In this document: positions 1-9,510 of the stretch, piece by piece
Position numbering within the stretch: position 1 is the stretch's first letter
Layout of the letters: the number at the start of each line of letters is the position of its first letter
From: an uncultured Fibrobacteraceae bacterium
Lineage (GTDB): Bacteria > Krumholzibacteriota > Krumholzibacteriia > LZORAL124-64-63
Length of the DNA stretch: 64,000 nt
Assembly: GCA_964384055.1 (NCBI GenBank)
Contig: CAYLIV010000003.1
Coordinates: 22,391 to 86,390, forward strand
Direction: 5' to 3'
Notes under the pieces: generated by a model
Seen by the model: the letters and a program-made list of their open reading frames with translations, nothing else
Database searches by the model: none
What the model was told of the DNA's origin: nothing
Program-made: the position numbers and the translations under genes

Positions 1-1557
1 CCGCTCGCGTCGGGCGACGGCAAGCTGCACACGCCACCGTCGACTGATCTTCTCGAGACCGGCGTTCGTACCCAGTGCCCACTTTCCCCAGTGGCGCGGC
101 AGCACCATGCCGGTCAGTGGATTGGCCGCCGAGACGAGATCGAGCGCGTCGCCCCACGACCAGGTCACGCCGGCGCGCACGAGCCACTGCGGCTGCCAGA
201 ACCATCGTCCGGCAACGGCCACCAGATGGCGGCACGCCGGTCCGTCGACGCTCGACTCGTACATGGTTCGCCAATCGAGGCGCGCGGTGCCGCGATCGGT
301 CCGTGCTTCGAGGCGTGCGGTGACGTCCAGTCGCGTGTCCCAGTCGGCGATGGCCGCCGGCTGCCAGGGGTAGTGCGTCGACCAGGCGTACCGGGTGCGG
401 GTGCGACGGCGTACCCTGAACTCCGCTCGGAGCTCAGGTCGACATCGCCATTCGAGGGCGAATTCCCTTCGGTGGTCGCGCAGACGAAGCGGCGTGTCGG
501 CACGGCTGTCGCGTCGGTGGCCGCCGGCGGCCAGCAGCCAGACGCGGACCGTTTTACCCAGCCGCTGCCGGCAGCGTATCACCCACCCCCAGCCGTCCCA
601 GCCCGGCAGCGTCGCCGGCCGCCGGGCCAGGAGAAATTCCTCACCGGAACCGGCTGCGCTGCACTGTCCCTCCAGGAGAAAAGCAGCGGTGAGCCGGAGT
701 CGATATCCCGCCGCCCAGGCGTACTGGCGCGCCTGTCGCGGCGCCGAGCGCCAGCTGGCGAACTCGAAATCGAGGTGACGGCGGCGGGTACGGTCGCTGA
801 ACGCCAGGCTGGTGCCGGCGGTAGCGCCCGTGGCGCCCCGCAGCGCGCTCACGGTGGTCGTACCCAGTGTCAGTGAGCAGCGCAACAGACCTACCTCCAC
901 CGCCGGCGTGACCAGTGGACGTCCGACCAGCGCCGCGCAGGAGATCGTACCGAATTGCCCGGCGACACCACCGCCGAGCACGGCAAGTCGATCGGCCGCG
1001 CCGCCAAAATTCGTCAATCCGGGCCGGTCCGCCGCCAGGGAAGCCGACGCCGAAAGCGAGTGCCACCGACCGGGCGCGGCCGCCAGCAACCCGAAACCGT
1101 GTTGCATGCCGGCGCCACCGCCGACGACGCGCCACCCGTTCCCCACGACGTTCACGGTACCCGAGCGGTCGGATCGTGAACCGTCTGTTGCTTGAGCGCG
1201 CAGCCGTCCGGAAACGGGGCCGGCGGTCAGGTACACGCGCAGTCGCGTCGTTGTCGGGTCATCGGGGTTCCAACTGTTGCGCCAGACGATCTGCCCGCTC
1301 CGGCGCGCACGCGAGGCCACCGGTGTACTCGCCGTCGTCGCGCTGACACGCGCGCCGACGAGACGGGCCAGATCGTCGGGCGACAGCTCGACGCCCGCGG
1401 CGGCCAGCCGTGCGAGCAGAGCCGCCGTTTCTTCCGGATCCACCCAGGCATACTCGTCGAGAGGTCGGGCGGAAGGTGCAGACGGCGCCGACAGTGCAGA
1501 CGGCGCCGGTGCCGCGACGCCAGTCAGACAGCTCACCAGTAGCAAAACCGCCGCCAT
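1..1557 (-). CDS. Hypothetical secreted / outer-membrane-like protein. The N-terminus lies in the window (ATG at 1557-1555) and the C-terminus runs off the window start.
   Basis: Hand translation of the minus frame whose codon tops are divisible by 3 gives an open frame from 1557 down to 1 (519 or more codons, no stop). It reads MAAVLLLVSCLTGVAAPAPSALSAP...RVYLTAGPVSGRL...WSWGDALDLVSAANPLTGMVLPRHWGKVGTGYER, with a signal-peptide-like N-terminus and a W/R/G-rich body. Its ATG overlaps the TAA of the upstream gene (TAATG). It is missing from the ORF track, presumably because it has no in-window stop. The competing plus ORF 91..876 is P/R/G/A-rich junk. Confidence 0.4.
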   Translation of the reverse strand, partial: MAAVLLLVSCLTGVAAPAPSALSAPSAPSARPLDEYAWVDPEETAALLARLAAAGVELSPDDLARLVGARVSATTASTPVASRARRSGQIVWRNSWNPDDPTTTRLRVYLTAGPVSGRLRAQATDGSRSDRSGTVNVVGNGWRVVGGGAGMQHGFGLLAAAPGRWHSLSASASLAADRPGLTNFGGAADRLAVLGGGVAGQFGTISCAALVGRPLVTPAVEVGLLRCSLTLGTTTVSALRGATGATAGTSLAFSDRTRRRHLDFEFASWRSAPRQARQYAWAAGYRLRLTAAFLLEGQCSAAGSGEEFLLARRPATLPGWDGWGWVIRCRQRLGKTVRVWLLAAGGHRRDSRADTPLRLRDHRREFALEWRCRPELRAEFRVRRRTRTRYAWSTHYPWQPAAIADWDTRLDVTARLEARTDRGTARLDWRTMYESSVDGPACRHLVAVAGRWFWQPQWLVRAGVTWSWGDALDLVSAANPLTGMVLPRHWGKWALGTNAGLEKISRRWRVQLAVARRER

Positions 1558-2399
1558 TACCATGCGGCCTCGAAGCTGCCGGCGGTCAGGCTCCAGCGAT
1601 GGGTGACACCCAGGTCCGGATGCACCAGGTGGGACGACCTGATCAACCAGGCTCGCCGGCGCCACGCGGTGGTGAATCCCGCGGCGCCGCAGGCCGGCTC
1701 GAGGCGCAGGCCGACACCGGCGCCTGTCTCGGCACCGGCGACCAGCCGCACCTGCAGTTCGAGCTGCGCAGCCGGCGCACCGTTACCGCGGCGATCGAGC
1801 GCCAGCGCGCCGACAACACCGGCCGTCCGGTGTTCGATTCGCAACCAGCGCCGCCAGCTCCGGCTGCCGTGCCAGGACGGAACGTCGAGCAGATGGCCGA
1901 CGATTTCCAGCCGGGTCCGCTCGCCGGCGTCAATGCAGAGCAGCCCGGCGACCGCGAGGCGGCGACGTCGCCGGCCCGCCGCCAGGGCAACGTCGTCCCA
2001 GCCCGCCACGACGCCCCCGCCCAGCACTCGTCGGCCGTCGACCAGGCAACGCACGCGGACGCTGTTCTCGTTGTACAGAGCCGCACCCAGACGCTGCCAG
2101 GCGGCGCCGTAGCTCAGCCAGCGCCCCCGGAGGCCCGCGGCCAGTCGCCGGGTCGGCAACTCGGACATGCCGAACAGGTTCATCCGACCGATCGCCACCC
2201 AGGCGCCACCGCCGGCGGGTTCGCGCCCGGTACGCCCGACGAGTTCCTCACCGAGCAGACCGGCGGTGGCGCCGGGCGAGACCAGCCAGCCGTCGGCGAC
2301 GTCACGTATGCCGGCCGCCAATGCAGTGGCCGGCGACGCCGCGCTCAGACAGCACCACAGCGCCGCGACGGCGACCGGCCTCGACGGCGTGCATCTCAT
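1557..2399 (-). CDS. Putative outer-membrane beta-barrel protein (280 aa), a possible cargo-adjacent PorP/SprF-like partner.
   Basis: It has a signal peptide (MRCTPSRPVAVAALWCCLSAASPATALAAG), a W/R/G-rich alternating pattern, and a C-terminal ...SLTAGSFEAAW with a terminal aromatic typical of OM barrels. Its start overlaps the stop of the upstream LTD gene (2396/2399). Confidence 0.45.
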   Translation of the reverse strand: MRCTPSRPVAVAALWCCLSAASPATALAAGIRDVADGWLVSPGATAGLLGEELVGRTGREPAGGGAWVAIGRMNLFGMSELPTRRLAAGLRGRWLSYGAAWQRLGAALYNENSVRVRCLVDGRRVLGGGVVAGWDDVALAAGRRRRRLAVAGLLCIDAGERTRLEIVGHLLDVPSWHGSRSWRRWLRIEHRTAGVVGALALDRRGNGAPAAQLELQVRLVAGAETGAGVGLRLEPACGAAGFTTAWRRRAWLIRSSHLVHPDLGVTHRWSLTAGSFEAAW

Positions 2400-4159
2400 C
2401 GGGCTTCCTCGGCCAGGACTGCCAGCTTCTTGCCGCCGGCCTGAAATCGTTGATCCTGGTCGTAGAACCGCACGAGTACGATGTAACCGCCGATCGGCAC
2501 GGGAAATCCTTCGTCGTCACGCCCGTCCCAGATCAGATCCCGCGGACCGGATCCCAGCCGGTCGCCGCCGAGGTCGCGCACCCGCTGGCCCCACAGATCG
2601 AAGATCCGGACGTCCCAGCCCAGCAGGTCTCGGGGTACCTGAAAGCGGATGTGTAGCGGAGCGATCGGCATACCGCTGGTGCTGTCGCGGTAGAAGGGAT
2701 TGGGATCCAGACTCACCTCGATCGTTGCGTCGCCTCGAATCCGCACGCTGTTGGGGCAACCGGGAGTCCCGCCGAGCGCGGCCGTGGCCACGGCCCAGTT
2801 GGCGGCCGGTGCGCCGAAGGGAGTTCTGTTCAACCGCTCCAGACTGCGCCCTTCCGGTACGGCCACGCCGTCAACACCCAGCATCACGCAATCGATGACG
2901 GTCGAGTCGGCGCGGGCCAGCAGTACCCGGTCGGCGAAGAGGCGCGATGTCGGCGCCGAGTTGTTCAGGGTCGGCCACGAACCCTGGATCTCGTCGACGA
3001 GCCGGGTCAAACCGTCCGCGCACGGCGGCTCGGCGCCGGCGTCGAGGCGATCGCTCAGCCACGCCCGGTGGCGCGCCTCGTCCTGCACCAGCACCGCGAA
3101 CTGCCGGGGCGCCAGGAGCCGCGACGGCAGGCGTCGCCACACGCTGTCCTCGTCGCGCAGAAGGTACTGGCCCAGGTCGACCGTGATCTCGCCGCCGTTG
3201 GCGATCTCGACCCACTCGCAGGCGCCACCGGCCGGCGCCGCGTTCACCTCGTTGACGTACAGCGTATCGACGCCCACCCGGTAGGTCCCCAGGGGCACTT
3301 CGAGTTCCGCCGGCGGTTCCGGGATGGGCACCAGCAAGGACATATGCACATCACCGACTGCGTGCGGGAGCCAGGACACGGTAACGGTATCGCGCTGGCC
3401 GGGTGAGAGCGTTGCGAGTGCACCGTCATACCGCGAATCCGATGTGTCGCCCGCCGCCAGCAAAACGACGTCGGTTGCAGGAATGGTCGCGATACCCGTG
3501 TTGGCAACCGCCACCGTGACCACGACCGGGTAACCGGGCACCGACCACGAAGGCGGCTCGACGACCGTTCCGACCGCCGTCAACTGCCAACGCCGAAAGT
3601 TCGCCCGTCGCGGTGTCGGGCGGACCAGCGGCCGCCAGTCCGCGTTGTTGTTGTCCGTGTCCAGGCCGTCCGGCCGGCGGCCGAGCGCCACGCCGGCGGC
3701 GACCGCAGCCGCCGGTTCGTATTCATACATGTCCGGATACTCGAGTTGTCCATACCCCAGCAGATCGACGCTGCCGTCGGCGCGCACGAGGCGCACCGCA
3801 TCGGGACCGTTCTGCAGGCCGAGAGGCACCTCCGCGTCAGCGGAGATCTCGCCGGCCCAGTTGCGATCGACGATGAGAAAGTGACCGTGCGGCGCGATGC
3901 TGTCGCTGGCCGCGCCAGTCCAGCGAGTTTGCCATACCGGACCTTGAGCGCCGTTGGCAAATTCGATCGTAAACTCATACAGGGATACCGGATATGGCGT
4001 TGTATTGAAGAGCTCCACGAACTCCTGACCGGCATCGGAACCGACCGGATCGTAGAGTATCTCGTTGAGCACCTGCGCACCGGCGCCTTGGCCCCAGAGC
4101 CAGCCGAGCACACAGGTGAGACCGCCTGGCGACATCCGGTACGGCATACGCCTGAGCAT
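2396..4159 (-). CDS. Secreted lamin-tail-domain (LTD) protein with two LTD repeats and a T9SS-type C-terminal domain.
   Basis: LNEILYDPVGSDAGQEFVELFN and YVNEVNAAPAGGACEWVEIANGGE match the LTD consensus (INE...D...EfiEL.N). The C-terminus DLWGQRVRDLGG...IWDGRDDEGFPVPIGGYIVLVRF...KKLAVL matches the Por_Secre_tail / FlgD-Ig-like pattern. Confidence 0.7.
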   Translation of the reverse strand: MLRRMPYRMSPGGLTCVLGWLWGQGAGAQVLNEILYDPVGSDAGQEFVELFNTTPYPVSLYEFTIEFANGAQGPVWQTRWTGAASDSIAPHGHFLIVDRNWAGEISADAEVPLGLQNGPDAVRLVRADGSVDLLGYGQLEYPDMYEYEPAAAVAAGVALGRRPDGLDTDNNNADWRPLVRPTPRRANFRRWQLTAVGTVVEPPSWSVPGYPVVVTVAVANTGIATIPATDVVLLAAGDTSDSRYDGALATLSPGQRDTVTVSWLPHAVGDVHMSLLVPIPEPPAELEVPLGTYRVGVDTLYVNEVNAAPAGGACEWVEIANGGEITVDLGQYLLRDEDSVWRRLPSRLLAPRQFAVLVQDEARHRAWLSDRLDAGAEPPCADGLTRLVDEIQGSWPTLNNSAPTSRLFADRVLLARADSTVIDCVMLGVDGVAVPEGRSLERLNRTPFGAPAANWAVATAALGGTPGCPNSVRIRGDATIEVSLDPNPFYRDSTSGMPIAPLHIRFQVPRDLLGWDVRIFDLWGQRVRDLGGDRLGSGPRDLIWDGRDDEGFPVPIGGYIVLVRFYDQDQRFQAGGKKLAVLAEEAR

Positions 4160-4235
4160 GCGAACGATCGACTTTCCGGGAGGAGAGATGCGCCGAAGGA
4201 GCCAGGTGCCTACAGGAGGTTCGTTTGCGATCGGG

Positions 4236-6581
4236 TTACATCAGGCCGTGACGGCGACGCAGAAACCACTCGCCGCCCAGCAGCAGCGCCACCACTGCCA
4301 GCAGCGGCCAGCCGGCCCAGAAATCCCAGTGCTGCCGGATCATCCGGGCATCGCCGACAAGTTCCAGATCGGCGATCCGTCGCAAAAGCTGCCCGCGGGC
4401 GGCGGGCGCGTCGGCATTGACGTACACGCCGCCGACCTGGTCGGCAAGCTGGCGCAGCCGGCGCCGATCCTGCCGCACCTGCGTCGCTTCCAGCGAACTG
4501 GCGGCGACGACCAAGGGCGACTCCGCGCCGACGACCGGCGTCTCGTCACCGCTCTGCGGTCGGACCGAGTAACGTCCCGGCCGCAGCGGCGGCAGCACGA
4601 CATTCGCCGCGCCGGGATCCCCCGGTTTCGCCGTCATCGAGTAGGTTCGCGACGGCGAATCGGCGGTCTGATCCAGACTGCGCACGCGCAGAAACAACTT
4701 GCGCCCGGTTACCGGATTACCGCGCATATCACGCCACTGCGCTTCGAGGCGTATGCGTTCACCTTCCTGGTATACCGTGCGCCCGCCGCGCAGGCCGAGG
4801 CCGGATTCCTCTTCGCCCGAAGCGATCCACACCAACAGGTTCCGCAGCAGACGCCGCGCCGGCTGCTGGTCCTCGCCGCCCGCGGCCGCCGGTAGCTCCC
4901 AGAAGGCCAGTTCCCACAGCGGACGCCCACCGAACCAGGCGATACGCCCGCTGCCGCGCTGGCCGACCACCAGGACCGGTACGCCGGCAGCGCCGCGTTC
5001 GCCACGGCCGGATACCGCATCGAGCAGCACGCTGTCACCCGGTCGGCTCGTACCCGGGACCACCTGTTGCAGAGGCGGCAGGGTCGCCAGCGATTGCCTT
5101 GTGCCGTCGCGCGGTCCGAGAGCGACGCCCTCGAGCGCCGGATGGGTATCGCCGGCCAGACGCAGAAACCAGTCTCCCTCCCGCCACCCGAGCGGATCGG
5201 GGGCGAACGGCAACAGTTCGGCGAGGGCCGACGGCAGGCGATCGGGGGCGGCCGGGCCACGCGCTCCCGGGCCGGGCAACAGCCACAACCCCAGGCCTTC
5301 CCGTACTGCACGAACCAGTGGCTGCCAGTCGAAATCCAGCAATGCGTCCGCCCAGCCGGTCAACACCACGCCGTCGAACCGGCGCCAGCCGGCTACCGAT
5401 TCGGGCGCCAGCCACGGCGTCAGGCTGTCAGCAAAGACGAGACCAGTCTGCGCCGGGTACACCTGTTCGAGCACCAGTCGCGATTCCCGCAACGCCGCCT
5501 GAGCCAGAAAACGGCCGTCCCAGCCCGGTCGGCTGCTCAGCAACAGTACCCGGGCGCGTTGCTTGCGGACGTTAATGGCCAGGGTCACCTGGTTGTTGTC
5601 GAGGTAACGCTCGTTGACCAGCGGGGTGACTTCCAGACGGTAGACGCCCAGTCCGGGCTCGTCGGGCGTGAAGGAAAGTTCAACGCGGGTCAGGTCGGAG
5701 ACCGACGGCGCAGTTGTTTCGGCAACAACGGTGTTCCGCACGGTGTCATGCAGTCGCACTGTCACGGGCTGCTGCCCCTCGGCCGTAGCGTAGCGCGCCG
5801 CCACGACGAGTTCTACCACGACCTGATCGCCGGCATAGGCCACGTCCGGATAGCGCAGATCCTGGATCAGCCGGTCGGCAGGGCCCGCCGGGTCGCCGAG
5901 GCCGACCGCCAGAAACGACGTCGTGCCGCCGGGAAACGGATGGGGTTCGCCGGCTGACCGCACCGGCCCACGACCGCGCGCACGTCCGCTGGGCGCCACG
6001 GTCTCGTTGCCGTCACTGAGCAGGATCACCGCCTGCAGCGGTTCAGCGGCATAACGGCCGTTCACCTGGCGCAACAGACCGGCCAGGTCGCTGCCCACGT
6101 TCGCCGGTGCACCGTCGATCGGCGGGATCGACGCCGGCTCCCGTAGCGGCTCGATGCCGTTTCCCCGCAGCACGGTGACCGTGACCGGCGGATCCTGACG
6201 CAACGACAGCGCCGAATCGACAGCCGTCGTCAACTGCTGCGCCAGGGCCCAGCGGCTGCCGGTCAGCGCTGTCCCGGCGGAATCAGCGACCACGGATCGG
6301 TGGTCCACGATGGCCATACTGGCCGAATCTTCGACCACGACCACCACTTCCGGCAGGCGCGGTTGCTGCTTCAACCGCGACAAGCTCGGGCCGGCGATGG
6401 CCAGCAGAAGCAACAAAAAAGCAGCGCTCCGCAAGCCGATCAAGGTCTTGCGGAGCGCACCGCTCACAGCGGGTTCAGTGACACCGTAGGTGCGTCGCAC
6501 CCAGATGAGGATCAACAGCGCAACCGGTAGCAGGAGCGGCCAGACCCAGACCGGAATTGACCATTGAACGAACAACCTCAC
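4236..6581 (-). CDS. BatA-like membrane protein with an N-terminal double-TM segment and a VWA-like domain (781 aa).
   Basis: The N-terminus MRLFVQWSIPVWVWPLLLPVALLILIWVRR resembles the TIGR02226/BatA double-TM region. VVVVVEDSASM is a DxSxS MIDAS-like motif. There is a C-terminal TM segment (WAGWPLLAVVALLLGGEWFLRRR). Confidence 0.55.
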   Translation of the reverse strand: MRLFVQWSIPVWVWPLLLPVALLILIWVRRTYGVTEPAVSGALRKTLIGLRSAAFLLLLLAIAGPSLSRLKQQPRLPEVVVVVEDSASMAIVDHRSVVADSAGTALTGSRWALAQQLTTAVDSALSLRQDPPVTVTVLRGNGIEPLREPASIPPIDGAPANVGSDLAGLLRQVNGRYAAEPLQAVILLSDGNETVAPSGRARGRGPVRSAGEPHPFPGGTTSFLAVGLGDPAGPADRLIQDLRYPDVAYAGDQVVVELVVAARYATAEGQQPVTVRLHDTVRNTVVAETTAPSVSDLTRVELSFTPDEPGLGVYRLEVTPLVNERYLDNNQVTLAINVRKQRARVLLLSSRPGWDGRFLAQAALRESRLVLEQVYPAQTGLVFADSLTPWLAPESVAGWRRFDGVVLTGWADALLDFDWQPLVRAVREGLGLWLLPGPGARGPAAPDRLPSALAELLPFAPDPLGWREGDWFLRLAGDTHPALEGVALGPRDGTRQSLATLPPLQQVVPGTSRPGDSVLLDAVSGRGERGAAGVPVLVVGQRGSGRIAWFGGRPLWELAFWELPAAAGGEDQQPARRLLRNLLVWIASGEEESGLGLRGGRTVYQEGERIRLEAQWRDMRGNPVTGRKLFLRVRSLDQTADSPSRTYSMTAKPGDPGAANVVLPPLRPGRYSVRPQSGDETPVVGAESPLVVAASSLEATQVRQDRRRLRQLADQVGGVYVNADAPAARGQLLRRIADLELVGDARMIRQHWDFWAGWPLLAVVALLLGGEWFLRRRHGLM

Positions 6582-6622
6582 CTCCCGGCACGACTTTCCG
6601 GTACGGAGTCGTTACCGGCTCC

Positions 6623-9307
6623 TTACGAATTCTCTTCCGTGATCGCGACCTGAGCGGCCGCCAGCCGCGCAATGGGTACACGGAACGGCGAACAGCTCAC
6701 GTAGTCGAGCCCGACGCGATGGCAGAACCAGATCGAGTTCGGCTCACCGCCATGCTCGCCGCAGATTCCCAGATGCAGATCGGACTTGACCTGGCGGCCC
6801 CGCTCGCAAGCCATCTCGACCAGCTGACCAACACCGTCCTGATCGAGTTGCTGGAACGGATCCGCCGGCAGCACGCCGCGACCGACGTACTCGGGCAGGA
6901 AGACACCGGCGTCGTCACGGCTGTAGCCGAAGGTCATCTGGGTCAGATCGTTGGTGCCGAAACTGAAGAAGTCGGCATGTTCGGCGATCTTGTCCGCCAG
7001 AAGGGCCGCCCGCGGGATCTCGATCATGGTACCGACCAGGTAGTCGACCTTCACCCCGGTATCCGCGATCACCTTATCGGCGGTCGCGACCGACAACTCG
7101 CGCATGTCGACCATCTCGCGCACGGAACCGGTCAGGGGAATCATGATCTCGGGTATGACGACCACGCCTTCCTTCTGCACGGCGACCGCGGCACTGATGA
7201 TCGCCTCGACCTGCACCTCGTAGATCTCAGGATAGGTCAGACCGAGACGGCAGCCGCGATGGCCGAGCATGGGATTGAGCTCGTGCAGCGACTCTACCTT
7301 GCGGTGCAACTGCTCCGGATTGATGTCCATCTCGCCGGCCAGTCGATCAATCTCCTCCGACTCCTGCGGCAGGAACTCGTGCAGCGGCGGATCGAGCAGC
7401 CGGATGTTCACCGGTAGACCGTCCATGGCCTGGAAGATGCCGATGAAATCATCGCGCTGCAGGGGCAGGATATGTGCCAGCGCGCGGCGCCGGCCCGCCT
7501 CGTCGTCGGCCAGGATCATCTGGCGCATCTTGCTGATCCGGTCCTCGCCGAAGAACATGTGCTCGGTACGGCACAGGCCGATGCCCTGGGCGCCGAAGGT
7601 CCGCGCCTGGCGGGAGTCGTGGGGCGTGTCGGCGTTGGTGCGCACCTTCAGCCGCCGCGCATCGTCCGCCCAGCTCATCAGCGCCTTCAGGTTGGGATCT
7701 TTCAGCTGCGGCGGGACCAGCGCCGGCATACCCTCGATCACCGAACCGGCGCCACCGTCCAGCGTGATGTCGTCACCCGCGTGGAAGGTCTTGCCGCCGA
7801 TGGTCATCTCGCCCTTGCGCGAATCCACGAACAGGTCGCCGCAACCGGCGACGCACGGCTTGCCCATGCCGCGGGCGACCACAGCCGCATGGCTGGTCAT
7901 GCCGCCTCGCGAGGTCAGGATGCCTTGAGCGACGTTCATGCCGGCGATATCTTCGGGGCTGGTTTCCCGACGGACCAGAACCACTCGCTTGCCCTTCGCC
8001 GCTTCGGCGACGGCATCCTCGGCGCTGAAGACGATCTCGCCCTGGGCCGCGCCCGGCGAGGCGGGCAGGCCTTTGCCGAGCACCGTCGTCTCGGCCTCGG
8101 GATCGATCTGATCGTGCAGCAGCTGGTCGAGGTGGCCGGGTTCTACGAGCATGACCGCTTGCCGCTCGCTGACCAGGTCCTCAGCCTGCATTTCCACGGC
8201 GATGCGGATCGCCGCGGCGCCGGTGCGCTTGCCGTGACGGGTCTGCAGCATCCACAGCCGCCCGTCCTGGATGGTGAATTCGATATCCTGCATGTTCTTG
8301 TAGTGGCGTTCGAGGGTGCCGCGGATACCGTCGAGCTGCGCATACAGCTCGGGCATGACGTCTTCCAGGGTCGGTAGATCCGTGGCCTCGTTACCGGACG
8401 GCAGCCGGTCCCGGCCCATGCGGTTGATCTGCTGTGGCGTGCGGATACCCGCCACGACGTCTTCGCCCTGGGCGTTGACCAGGAACTCGCCGTAGAACAT
8501 GTTCTCACCGGTGGCCGGATCGCGCGTGAAAGCCACGCCGGTGGCGCTTTCGTCGCCGAGGTTGCCGAAGACCATCGTCTGCACGTTGACGGCCGTCCCC
8601 CAGTCGCCGGGGATGTCGTGGATGCGCCGGTACTCGACCGCGCGCGGTACGTTCCAGCTTTCGAAGACCGCCTTGATGCCGCCCAGCAGCTGCTGCCGGG
8701 GATCGGTCGGAAATTCAGTGCCCGTCTGGTCGACGATGATCTGCTTGAAGGTAGCGATCAGTTCCTGCCAATGCGCAGGCTTCAGTTCCGTATCGAGCTT
8801 CACGTCCGCCTTGGCCTTGAGGTCGTCGATGGCATGTTCGAACAGCTCGCCCTCGACTCCCATGACCACATCGCCGTACATCTGGATCAGACGCCGGTAG
8901 CTGTCATAGGCGAAACGTTCGTTGCCGCTCTTGGCGATCAAACCCTTGATCGACTCGTCGTTCAGGCCGAGGTTCAGCACGGTGTCCATCATGCCGGGCA
9001 TGGAGACCCGGGAGCCGGAGCGAACCGAGAACAGCAGCGGGTCGTCGGGAGCGGCGAATCCCTTGCCGATGATCGCTTCGACCTGCTTGATGGCATCATC
9101 GATTTCAGCCTGTAATTCGGACGACAGCTCGTGGCTGTTCTGATAATCGGTGCAGACCTCGGTGGTGATCGTGAAGCCCGGCGGCACCGGGATGCCGATC
9201 TTGACCATCTCGGCCAGGTTGGCGCCCTTGCCACCCAGCAGATTCTTCATGTCGCCGCCACCGTCGGCATTACCGTCACCGAAAAAATAGACCATCTTGC
9301 CGCTCAT
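6623..9307 (-). CDS. ppdK: Pyruvate, phosphate dikinase.
   Basis: 894 aa. The N-terminus MVYFFGDGNADGGGDMKNLLGGKGANLAEM is PPDK-like. The His phosphocarrier motif GGMTSHAAVVARGMGKPCV is present. The C-terminal PEP-utilizing TIM-barrel (NDLTQMTFGYSRDD) is present. A GGAGGA Shine-Dalgarno sits upstream. Confidence 0.95.
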   Translation of the reverse strand: MSGKMVYFFGDGNADGGGDMKNLLGGKGANLAEMVKIGIPVPPGFTITTEVCTDYQNSHELSSELQAEIDDAIKQVEAIIGKGFAAPDDPLLFSVRSGSRVSMPGMMDTVLNLGLNDESIKGLIAKSGNERFAYDSYRRLIQMYGDVVMGVEGELFEHAIDDLKAKADVKLDTELKPAHWQELIATFKQIIVDQTGTEFPTDPRQQLLGGIKAVFESWNVPRAVEYRRIHDIPGDWGTAVNVQTMVFGNLGDESATGVAFTRDPATGENMFYGEFLVNAQGEDVVAGIRTPQQINRMGRDRLPSGNEATDLPTLEDVMPELYAQLDGIRGTLERHYKNMQDIEFTIQDGRLWMLQTRHGKRTGAAAIRIAVEMQAEDLVSERQAVMLVEPGHLDQLLHDQIDPEAETTVLGKGLPASPGAAQGEIVFSAEDAVAEAAKGKRVVLVRRETSPEDIAGMNVAQGILTSRGGMTSHAAVVARGMGKPCVAGCGDLFVDSRKGEMTIGGKTFHAGDDITLDGGAGSVIEGMPALVPPQLKDPNLKALMSWADDARRLKVRTNADTPHDSRQARTFGAQGIGLCRTEHMFFGEDRISKMRQMILADDEAGRRRALAHILPLQRDDFIGIFQAMDGLPVNIRLLDPPLHEFLPQESEEIDRLAGEMDINPEQLHRKVESLHELNPMLGHRGCRLGLTYPEIYEVQVEAIISAAVAVQKEGVVVIPEIMIPLTGSVREMVDMRELSVATADKVIADTGVKVDYLVGTMIEIPRAALLADKIAEHADFFSFGTNDLTQMTFGYSRDDAGVFLPEYVGRGVLPADPFQQLDQDGVGQLVEMACERGRQVKSDLHLGICGEHGGEPNSIWFCHRVGLDYVSCSPFRVPIARLAAAQVAITEENS

Positions 9308-9510
9308 CGGATCCTCCTGACGTCGTTACCATCGACCGCTTCAACCAACACGAATATTCCACATCACCCGCCTAGCCGGGCGGAATGTCCTTGCACCAAA
9401 ATAACTGCTAATTTCCGCTCCACAAGCGCGCAGAACGAAATAGCCGTATTAGGCGTCGTAGCCCCGGGCGCCGGGGTACAGTGCTGCCCGATAGGGATCA
9501 CCAGGATGAA

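Noticed and set aside
91-876. 261-aa plus ORF at the window start
   Set aside because: It is P/R/G/A-rich with no features. The opposite strand carries a 519-codon or longer open frame with a signal peptide and an ATG/TAA overlap to the upstream gene.
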